From Octopus bimaculoides (lineage: Eukaryota), in contig NC_069004.1 of NCBI RefSeq assembly GCF_001194135.2, positions 16,199,427-16,263,426 of the forward strand: a stretch of DNA of 64,000 nt, in the 5' to 3' direction. The position numbers and the translations under genes are program-made. Of the stretch, positions 53,021 to 64,000 are shown piece by piece. The notes under the pieces are model-generated. The model saw only the letters and a program-made list of their open reading frames with translations, was not told where the DNA came from and made no database searches. Every line of letters starts with the position of its first letter. The stretch's first letter is position 1.

Positions 53021-55299
53021 ACTCCCAAGTCAAGCCTACTTAATGTTCACTCCACCATATCTCTCTACTTCCATCTCAGAATCTACACTGTAATGAAAAT
53101 TTTAATCCATTTTCTTACCCAGAATTCATTTTTTATGGAATTTTCCTGTGGAGGAAAGCTAGCAATCTCACTTCCTAAGCTGTGCTGGGGAAACATTTTT
53201 TAGAATTGATTTGTTTCAAGCTGGTCAAAAAGTGGTAAATGGAGAGATTCCCTGAAACCACATGCATAAATCCATGCATGTGGTTTGTCAAATATGAGTC
53301 TTGAAGTATTGACAGAATGAAATGCTGTCTTTCAATAAGTGAATTAACATCCCAATGCTGCAGCATGTTTTGTGTAGTTGCTATATTTCATACATTTGAA
53401 ACAGTCCAACGCATAATAAATAAATAAATAACATGAATGATGATGTAATAGAAGTAATATAACCCAGAACATAGGGCAGCAAGCTGGCAGAATTGTTAGC
53501 TCATTGGTTAAAATGCTTAGTGGCATTTTGTCTGTCTTTACATTCTGAGTTCAAATGCCTCCAGAGTCAACTTTGCCTTTCATCCTTTCAGGGTTGATAA
53601 AATAAGAACCAATTAAACACTGGGTCGATGTAATTGACTTGCCCCCTCCCCTGAATTTGCTGGTCTTGTGCCAAAATTTGAAATTAATGTAACCCAGAAC
53701 AGAAAATATAAGAATTGAATATTTATTTGCTTAATCATCCTTTGAATAGAGTGGCATAGAGGAAGCATGCTGGGCCCATAATCCAGAGGTCCATTGATTG
53801 AAACTATGCTGTGCAAAGAAATGGATACTATTTTGATTTTTATACATTGTAACTGAGTTGTCTACGAATATACCAACCATATACATGTATGTGTGTGTGT
53901 GTGTATACATACATACATACACATATACACACACAGACACAAGGATAGGTACAAATTATATTATGGAATAGAAATTTATACAGGATCAAGGCATTAACAA
54001 CTGATTGAGATACACTAAAACCCTAGTAGTATAGTCGGAAGAGGCAACAACAACAATTATAGGACCTTTAGCTTAGTATATACGCTAGAGCAGTAGGATT
54101 CCCTCTGCACAGGACAACAGTCCATTCTAAGGTTAACTAACATTCGGCTATTGCTGATATTCATTTGTAGCTATGTGAACTAGAGTATTGTGAAATGAAA
54201 TGCTTTACTGAAAAACACAACATGCCACCCGATCTAGGAATTGAACTTATTCAACTCTACCTATTTATCCCTTATTGATTTGTATAGAAACATTTTTAAA
54301 TCCAAGGAGTTTTCAACCTCCACCACTGAATAATAATAAAAAAAAACTATGGCTTTATGACATTGTGTCACATATCATGTGGTCTGGTGTTTAAATTTTA
54401 TTTCTACACTGTCTTGAAGTGTTTTAGTTAAACAAATCAACCCCTGTATTTATTTTATTAGTTTCTTTCACTAAACCACTTAGTTATGAGGGTGTAAACA
54501 AACTAACACCAGTTGTCAAGCAATGATGGAGGACAAGCACTTATGCAGACACCCGCATAGATATACTTATATGTGTATGTGTACACACACACACACTCAC
54601 ACACATGATAAGCTTCTTTAGGTTTCTGTCTACCAAATCTATTCAAAATGCCTTGGTTGACCTGAGGCTGTAATAGAAGACATTTGTCCAAGGTGTTATA
54701 CAGTGGGATTGAACCCATGACTACATGGCTGGAAAGCTAGCTTCTTAACCACACAGTCATACCAATGTTCTGGATACAAATATGGCAATGAGGTCTACAA
54801 TCCTTCTGTACAGAAAAAATAGACTCTATGAAAAAGTTTGCAAGACATCAATGTCCTGTCAGCAGTCTCATCATTATTGTCATCACTGGTCTAAGTTGTC
54901 ATGTTTGTTGTTAGTGCTGCTTTTAACATTGTAATTGTCCTAATTATCATTGTCGTAATTGCCTTTTTCAAAATTATCATAATTGTTGTCATTATTGTTG
55001 TGGTCACCATTACCAGGACAATTTACCTCATAAGGGTCGTTGTTATACTTGTAAAGATCTTTGTATGTGTGTTAATTGTTATAAATTGTTTCCAGGCTTG
55101 CCGTTGTTGCTGCCATAAATAATGTGAGGCTCTCCTCCTCCTCCTCACTGTTATCGTCATTATCAACGTTTTAAGTATTGCTATTATCAGGAGTTAGTAT
55201 CAAAACTCATCATAAATTGGGCAACACCACGAAAATAATAATTTAATAAACAGCTTACGTAGTGCAGAGAACACCAGGTATTAAACTGAATGGATACTT

Positions 55300-56440
55300 T
55301 GTCAGTTTTGGCGATTTAATTGTTTGATCAACTAAATAAGCTACTCAATGAATAACTGTGAGGTGACTGAGTATCTCACAGACATATGTGCCTTCATGAA
55401 GTAGTGTGCCAAGTGATATTACTGTGAAAAAGCCTTCATGAAATTTTGCATTAAATTTGGGAAGTCTGTTATAGAGACATTGAGCATGCTTCAGCAAGCT
55501 TACAGCAATGAGGCAATGATTTGAGTGGTGTGGGTGTTTCAAAAGCACAATAAGGTCCCTGGAAGACAATGAGCGATCTAGGAGACCTGCTACAAGCATC
55601 ACTCCCAGAAATGTGGAAACCATTCATCTGCTTGTGCATGAGGATTGTCGGAGGACAATCAATGACATTGTTAATGCTGTTGGTCTGTTGTATGGGTCCG
55701 TGCAGGCAATCCTAGCGCCTGAATTGAACATGCAGTGAGTCTCTCTGCCAAGTTTGTCCCCCACCTGCTGACCACTGAGCAGAAAGAACATTATGTTGAA
55801 GTCTGTCAAAATCGCCATCAACATGCTGCTGAAGACCCATCCTTCAGGTCGAGTATCATCACTGGTAAAGAGAGTTGTGTCTATGGGTATGACCCTGAGA
55901 TGAAGCAGCAGTTGTCACAATGGAAGAGCCCTTCATCTCCATGAATCAAAGAAGGCACAGCAAAGCTGCAGCTCAATCAAGAGCATACTCATAGCTTTTT
56001 TTGACACCTTCAGTATTGTGCATTGAGAATTTATCCTCCAGGGCTAGACCATCAATCAAGAGTTCTACTGCGATATTCTGAAGTATTTGAGGGAGGACAT
56101 TCAGCAAAAGCAACTGGATCTGTGGAGTGTGAAGAATTCGATTCTTCACAACAACAATGCATCCTGTCACCGAGCTCTCCTCACTTGTGAGTTTCTCGTC
56201 AAAAACAACATGGTGTTGTTTCTTCACCTGCTCTATTTGCCTGATTTGTCACCCGCTGATTTCCATCTTTTCCCCAAGATGAAAAAGCAAATCAAAGGTT
56301 GCCATTTTAACACTGTTGTTAAGATCCAGAGTGAATCGCAGATGGTCCTCAACTCGCTTACGGAAAATGACTTCCAGGCTGGATTCCAAAAGTAGCAGGA
56401 ACACTGGGATCAGTGTATTACTGTGCAAGGTGACAGTTCG
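55300..56440 (+). mobile_element. Near-full-length mariner transposase pseudogene
   Basis: FCIKFGKSVIETLSML, EDNERSRRP, SAKFVPHLLT, IITGKESCVYGYDPE, HNNNASCH, PDLSPADFHLFPKMK; stops and frameshifts; catalytic Asp residues mutated. Confidence 0.9.
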
Positions 56441-57949
56441 TTCAGTGGGCTTCCACAGAGTTTCTTGTCTTTCTTCCCTCACAAGGCTTGAGTAGACTCA
56501 AGGCTATGGTAGAAGACATGGTTTGGAACTTGGAACCTAAGATTTGTGATTCTTTTACTTGTTTCAGTTAGTTGACTGCAGCAATGCTGGAACACCACCT
56601 TGAAGGGTTTTAGTTGAACAAATCAACTCCAGGACTTATTTTTAAAGCCTGGTACTTATTCTATTGGTTTCTTTTGCTGAACTGCTAAGTTACGGATATG
56701 TAAGCACACCAACAACAGTTGTCAAGTGGTGATGGAGAAACAAGCACAGATGCAAGCACACACACACATGTATACGATGGGCTTCTTTCAGTTTCTGTCA
56801 ACCAAATCCACTCATAATGCTTTCGTCGGCCTGAGGCTATAATGGAAGATACTTGCCCAAGGTGCCATGCAGTGAGACTGAACCCGGAACCATGTGGTTG
56901 GGAAGCAAGCTTCTTATCACACAGCCACACCCGTGCCTATGTGAATTTCTGAGTATCAAAAACTCATATGCTAAAACCACTGGCTCAGATGTACTTTTTT
57001 TTTCTTCTTTCCTGCCTCTTCTACCACTATTACAAAAGTCTCTGCCCCTGTGAACCTACAGTCTAGAAAACCAGCTCCATCCAAGCTTAATCCATCTACA
57101 TTTCTTTCTTCGTCCTTATTGGCTCATTTCCTAGACCTGCACACTAAACACTTTACTAAATTGTTCAATCAGTTCTTTTCAGACTACATTCTTGGGGAAT
57201 TTCTTCTTTGCTCGCATTTTTACCCTTCAAAAACGTCAATCTACAGAACTTCAAAGTTCTAATTATCAGTGTTACTAGTCTGGGATCAGTTGGAATACAA
57301 CAGTCAAAGAATCTGTTTCCCAATCCAACTTATTAATAGCAAAATTAATATTATATATTCTGTTAATTCCTTTCCATGTCTTTTGTTGCCTGTAATTAGG
57401 CCTTCTAGAGTAAGCTAGAATGTTTTATTTTTAATTGGAATATGGAGCTATTGCAAGTGTGAGGTGCTAAATGTCTAAATTGTCCATGAAGATTATGTGA
57501 TGAAAGCTTGTAATTTTATAACTGCTGTCAAAATATTGCTAATTAATGCCCGTTTTCAACTTGCTTTATAATTAAAAATGACTCAGTATTAAATTTGGGG
57601 AAGGGTGGTTTGTTAAAAATTGACCCTGCTTCCTGACTGTGACTTATAAATTAATTAATATAACCAACATAATTTGTAATGACTACCACAAAATATTACA
57701 GCATTCCTAAAACCCCAGCCAATCAGGGAACCTCTACATAGTTGGTCAACCTTCTAGAAGTAGAAGCCAAATCTTCCTCAAATCATCCTACTGTCTAATA
57801 AAAGATTATGTTAGATAATGTTGTCCAAGATATATCATTTTGGAATGGCTTTTGGGTGTAAGTATGCTTATTCTATCAGGGTTAACCTGCAGCTTGTATA
57901 TTGGTTCAATGTAGAAGAACATTTTGTACCATTATTCTTTGAGACTGTG

Positions 57950-58800
57950 ACATTTACAGGTCCTCCATGTGTGAGATCAAGGAGGTTAATGTTCCTCTTG
58001 AACAGGAGAGTGAATTCTAGTCGGATGATATTGCGGAATAAAGAATGATGTTGGGGTGTGAATGATACAATATAGGTGATAAAAAGAAGAGAGGAGAATG
58101 AGTTGGAAGTATCTGTGTAGAAGTGGCTTAAGACTAGCCAGCTCTAAGGAGTAGAGGCCACTGTAGTTAAGATAAGGAAAGCAGATAGAGGTCGGAGTAT
58201 GTTGGTAAGTGACTTCATACTAATCACTTGAATTACCTTTCTTTGAATGCAGTCTAAGTTGTCTTTGTGTGCAGTAACAGTTCCATCTTAGACATTGAAT
58301 CCCACCTGAGACCTGAAGAGGGTTAGTAGTTGTTAGGAGGCTGAAGAATTTTCAGGCTCTGAAGAGGAAGGCTCTAGCTAGTTACAGGTCAGAGAGATCT
58401 CCATCAGTACAAACCACAGCAGTAAGATTAAGAAGCCACCAATCCTGAAAGATGATAAACAGTAAGAGACCATAGGTGATTGGTTTTATCTGGAGATTCA
58501 AGTACCAGACAAAGCTGAAATCTTTGCTAATGTCAAGAGCAACAACATTGCTTTCATCAAATTTCTTATGGGTAAGAGCTCACTGGTGAGTGACATACAA
58601 GCGCACGTCTCTAATAAATCTGGCTTTAAGAAAGCCATATTGGTGGTCATTAAAGAGGTAGAGAGGTTCAAAGTATTGGAAATTATTTTTGCTGATGGCT
58701 CTCTCCATCACTTTTGAGATGATGGAAGTGATTGCAAAAGGAAGATAGTTGACAGAGTTGCCTTGGCAATGGGACCTACCGTAGTGTGTTTTTAAAGATC
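57950..58800 (-). mobile_element. L2/CR1-group LINE RT fragment
   Basis: PFAITSIISKVME, NDHQYGF, VVALDISKDF and LDCIQRKVIQVI. Confidence 0.7.
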
Positions 58801-59379
58801 GGAGTATATCTAAAGATAGATAGACAGAGAGACCGGAGGGAGTTTAGTGAGGATAAAGGTGGCTAGCTCTTGTTTACATTATGTTTGGGTAATGAAAAGA
58901 ACATTGTCAAGACCAATGGCTTTGTTTGTTTCTTATGACCATAGGTGCTTTCACACCTGGAATATATATATGCATGGTAATGTAGTTGGTGGAGTGGAAA
59001 GAGATAACTTTGAGAAGATAATAGCAACAACATTCCAGAAATTATTCACAAACATTCTCTTGTTGTGTTACTGCCGAAACAAAAGTCAATAGATTATTGG
59101 CAATTCTTCACAATGACGCTTAACTAAAGTCACAGCAAGTTCTCAAGTTAATCCACTGGCATTTCTTTTTCCTTCTCTTAATTATGTTTAGATTTAGATT
59201 AATAAGCTAACGATGCAGATTACTAAGCTATGGCTTCTAGTTATGTTTCATTATTTTTAAAAGATAAACAATAAACATAAAAGTAATTTAAAATGGTTGA
59301 CATGAAAACAAGAGATGATCTGATGAAAAGCTCTTTCAATAGATAACTGCTGCTGCTGTTAATACTTAAGAAAGGAGCT

Positions 59380-59530
59380 TCAATGTGGTTACTCAGCTTG
59401 CTAGAAATTGCAGCCAAATCTTCTTCAAATCATATCTTACTGTCTCGAAAAATAAAGGACACACTGGTTAATGTAATCCTAGGTATACTATGTCTAAATA
59501 AAAGATGGGATGGTCATGACTGGAATGTCT
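59380..59530 (+). repeat. Interspersed repeat family C (AAATAGCAGCCAAATC motif)
   Basis: Related segments near 3590, 18600, 30340, 38170, 57760, 59670, 61730 and 63070. Class not determined. Confidence 0.55.
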
Positions 59531-62500
59531 TTGTTTAATGAAAGAGATATTGTCAAGGCTAATGGCTTTGTAGGTTTCAAGTGACTAGAGGTGCTTTCAC
59601 ACCTGGAATGTATAAGTACAAGGTAATGTAGCTAGTGGACAGCAAAGAGAGCGTACACCTAAAAATAGAAGCCAAATCTTCATCAAATTATCTTACTATC
59701 TAATAAAAGATTATATCAGATAAAGTTGTCCTTGGTATACCATTCTGAAATGGCTATTGGGTGTAAATATGCCTACTCTATCAGGGTTAATCTGAGGCTA
59801 ATATATTGGTTCAGTCTAGAACTGAAACTAAAGAACAACCAATGCTATTATATTTAAAAATATGTCTTCAGCAACCCATAAGAATTACTTAATGTCTTCA
59901 GAAGTTCAGTAGATGAGAGACAAATCTTCCTCTGGGAGGTACACCAGCCTGTTATAGGGAATGTTGTTTGGCATCTCACTCCCATTATATGGGAGTGTAG
60001 TTAAGTATTTTACCCAGATTATTGGTTTTTACTGAAAAATTGCATGATCATATTGCAAAACAATAGTCTTAGCAGAGAAATCCTTCATAAGTAATAAATT
60101 AGCATAGTTGTTAGAGTACAAGACAAAACACCTTGTCATATTTGTTCTGGCTCCCTGCACTTTGAATTCAAATCCTGCCAAGATCAATGTTGTCTTATCT
60201 CCAGGGTCAGTATGGTGGTGAATTGTCAGAATCGTTAGATTATCAGCATCATCATTAATACTGTCATTATTATTGTTTTAATGTCCATCTTCCATGCTTA
60301 CATGGAATGAACTGTTTGATACGATATAAAGAGTCAGAAGATAATGTCTTGATTCCCTATCTGTTTTGGCTTGGTTTCTATGGCTGGATGCCCTTCCTAA
60401 TGCCAACCACTTCACAGAATGTACTGAGTGCTGTTTACATGGCCACCTCACTCTTAACAGAGAGAGGCAGTTTTATGCCTAGGTGTTGAGAGGTTATGGT
60501 AAGCAAGAAAGGACAGGAACAATTTTCTTGTTGTAGAGGAGATATATAGATATCTGACATAATGTAAGGAAGGGTAGGAGTAATTGGGAAAGAGAGATAA
60601 AGATGGTGATGACAACATGTCAGAATTCCGTCATAGTACAAGAAGGTGAATAGAAGATGGAGTGGGAACAGAAAAGTGAGTGGGTAAAGGTTGCAAGAGT
60701 GTGGGGGAAGTAAGCATTTGTTGCAGCTCTTTGCATACTTTGTTTTTTTGACTTTGGACTGAATCCATTAGTTAGTTTAACACCACCACCTGGTGAAGTC
60801 CACTCTGTTGCAAGTACTTGGGTCAAGTTTTCAGGTTGAGGGTACCTTCCACCAGTCTTGGGGGCCTTTAAAAAATTGTCATGGGCACTGTTTTCCTCTT
60901 CACAACTAAATCGTTAAAAAGAGATATACTGAATAAAAACTTAGAGCTGCCCCAAATACACGATAGAGTAGTTTTATGTTTGAGTAGAGATGACAAAAGC
61001 TACTCAATATCAGCAGTGAAAAAGATTGTTATGGAAAATATTTTACTTAATTTCTGATGCCAATTTTTCAAAGTTTTCCTTTAAAATAAATGCAGTGGAC
61101 AAAATAATGAAATATTTACTACTCCTGATTGGTTCTGTAGTGAGCAGCAATGTGTTATATAATCTTTAAATGTCCTAACTAGTTGAAAACAACCCAAAGG
61201 ATGTAGTTGATCTCAGTAGTCTTAGAGAGACAGCAAAGGCCTCTGGACACAGACTCTTCCTCAGACCAAAACAAAGAAATAAAAACAAACAAGACAAAAT
61301 GTTCCAATGGTTCCAAATTTAGGGATAAGGCCAGTCATTTTGAGGGAAAGTCAATATTATCAACCTTGGGACTTGAGTAGTACTTCATTTTATCATCCCC
61401 AAAGGGATACAATGATTTCTTTAATTTGCCACTAGGGCAAAGAGACTATATATTGATCTTAATGTATACATTAAATAACTACAATTTAATTTCACAAAAT
61501 CTGGACATGAGAGAAAAATTTTACATACATATTTGAAACTGGCATACCAAAATTATCTAGAAACATCTATATTCATACATCATGGTAGTGAAGTACCCAA
61601 TGACCTCATGTATATTATTTACTGAGGTACCTAATAACATCATCTATATCCTGCTACTGAGGTACCAAATGTCATGTTACCTAGCTATATCAACTGTATT
61701 GACAAAAGAACCTGTACATGATCAGTAGCCTGTTAGAATTAACAGTGAAATTTCTTCAAATCACATCCAGCCAGCTTGGAAAAGAAAGACACATTGCACC
61801 GGCGGTGGCGGCTGATGATGATGCAATCAATTTGCCCCACCCCTCAAAATAGTTTGACTCTGGCCAATATTATTATTATTAAGGTCAACTTTGCTTTCAT
61901 CCTTTTGGAATCAATGAAATAAGTACCAGTTAGTTATGTCCTGGGTCAATGTAATTGACAAGCCCCTCCCTTCCCCAAAATTTCAGGCTTTGTGCCTAAA
62001 CTAGAAAGGATCATCATCATCACCATCAGTAAATAACTGGTTTATTTGACTAATAAATATTAATGTAATAGTAATGATGTAATTATTTTAACTAATTCAT
62101 TTTAACGTATGAAACAGCCAATGAGTATACTTTTAAAAAATACATGTTTAATGAGATGTTACAAACTTGATCTCCTCTGTTTGCATTATCAGTTTAACTA
62201 AGACCTATTTGAATTAATTCCAGAAACATTACATAAACAGACAGTGGCAAACCAATGAAAAGTAAACGGCACATAATGAATTACAATTTCCTTGTTATAA
62301 CTAGGCTATTATTATGTAAAATTTTGTTGGTTCAGTGAAGTGCTGTGTATCAAAGTCAGACATTGTCATCAGAAACTAGAAATTTTTAATTAGGCCAAAA
62401 ATGTCTTATCACTCTACTTTGAAAGATAATCTATTAAAGTGATTATGTTGTTAAATGAAGCTGATTTCAGTTGAGCTTTTTGTGGAACTAGAAACTACTT

Positions 62501-63710
62501 TAGCTCAGAATAGTTTGAGGCATAAAATTGGCAGGATTAAAGCATCAGACAAAATGGATTGCAATATTTATTCCAACTCCCTTGTGTTTTAAGTTTAAGT
62601 TTTGCTGAGGTCAACTTTTTATCTTTCTAGGGTTGATAAAGTATCAGCCTAGGGTGTAGACTGGTAGAACTGATAGTACCCGTCAGACAGTAAGCTTTGT
62701 AGTATTTGTTGTAGCTCTTTGCTTTCTAAGTTCGAATGATGTCATGATGTACTTGGTTGGTAGCCTTATGACATTGCTTGAGTTAATATCATCAACGTCT
62801 AGCATATTGGTTGCCTTTTGTGGAGTTCACTCTGCTGAAAACATTCAGATCAGGCAGGATAACATTCTACTTTCTGCCTACCAGTTTTAGACTTTCAAAG
62901 GCCCCATAAAATATTGTCTTTCACTCCTAACCAAAAGAATTTTTAAAAAGTGTTACTGGTCCACTCCATTAGTTCTGCTTACAACATTTGGAAACTACTC
63001 CTCTTCACAAACATTAAATAGATGGCAATACAACTGATAACCAACAAGGAGGCCTATATATGGTGGCTTCCTCTTACTAAAAATTTCCTTCAAAATTAAT
63101 CCGACTGTCCTGTAAAAGGAAGGATATATTGAATAGTGTAGCCTTAGATACTCCTAAAAAAATAGGATGGTTTCACTAGGATTGCCTTCAAACATGGGTC
63201 TGTTTGCTGATGTTGTCCTGGAGTGCAACAGCAACAACAGCTATCCTAACATATTCTTCCTTTTGCTCTTCTGCTGCTACAACAGTTTCTACTTCTTTGA
63301 ACTAGTAAGTTGCCAAAACCTACCATGTCATCGGCCATTTTATCTTAAGTCTTTCTGTTCCCTCTCACCCAAATCTTTTATCCATAAAAGTGGAACCCTC
63401 TTGGATGTTCCTTCTTGTTTATGTTTTCCCCATATTCTCTCTCTCTCTCTCTCCCTCTCTCTCTCTCCCTCCCTCTCTCTCTCTCTCTCCCTCTCTCTCT
63501 CTCTCTCTTTTTGATATTCCATTCCATTTCCATCAGGGGTCTAGAATTTCAGACATATTGAGCACTCAACACTGGCAATATCAGCAGCTTCACTAAGCTT
63601 AGAACTGTATGTGGTTAGAGTGCCATGGAAAGTTCTATAAGGTCAGTTGTTGTGACGTGGTCTGTATTTGCCTTTGTCTGAGTGAAAAGGGATATATATA
63701 TATATATATA

Positions 63711-63801
63711 CTAGCAGAAATACCCGGCGTTGCCCGGGTTAAAGAGAATAATGAAATCTAAAAACGCCGTCTAGACTACGCATCATCTTTATATATAGAG
63801 A
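63711..63801 (-). mobile_element. 91-bp minimal non-autonomous Helitron with intact termini
   Basis: Minus strand: a|TCTCTATATATAAAG...CCCGGGCAACGCCGGG-tatttctg-CTAG|t, i.e. 5' TC, subterminal hairpin, 3' CTAG and A|T target. Confidence 0.8.
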
Positions 63802-64000
63802 TGTATATACACACACGCACCCAAACACACGTATATATATGTATATCAATATAAATATATGAAAGTCAATGAAGTTTCGTAAAAGAAGGTGATCATGTAC
63901 ATACTTTCTTGCTGTTGTGATTATAACACCTCATTGTAAACTATGTTCCTTGTTTTCCCTTGTGGAGCATATACAAATAGGTTTTTTGTTGCTGCCCACT

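Noticed and set aside
54901-55165. Ile/Val-rich ORF (73 aa)
   Set aside because: Degenerate (ATT/GTT/ATC)n trinucleotide sequence, not a membrane-protein gene.
59315-59350. CTGATGA followed by a small hairpin
   Set aside because: No GAAA box or cleavage triplet follows, so it is not counted as a hammerhead.

Overview
AT-rich animal genomic DNA from a gapped draft assembly, with eight N-gaps, most abutting (TA)n/(GA)n/(CA)n microsatellites. The SINE families and repeat landscape look octopus/cephalopod-like; this is an inference. There is no intact long ORF. Most of the window is decayed transposable elements: RTE/BovB, CR1-like, L2-like and R4/Dong-like LINE fragments, two Penelope-like elements (PLEs), a rearranged Gypsy relic, three mariner and one Tc1/maT-like transposon, a hAT MITE, non-autonomous Helitrons and many tRNA-derived SINEs. 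Scattered small + strand segments with good splice sites and open frames suggest the whole window lies inside one unidentified multi-exon host gene with very long introns (moderate to low confidence). The most interesting signal is a set of minimal type-I hammerhead-ribozyme-like motifs. One is near-intact (11115-11190, minus), others sit just 3' of both PLE endonuclease genes, and others lie in the outward-pointing arms of four or five short foldback elements. The second PLE also carries a ~175-codon Asn/Ser/Gly-rich insert between the two halves of its GIY-YIG motif. All family assignments come from motif recognition by eye; no searches were run.
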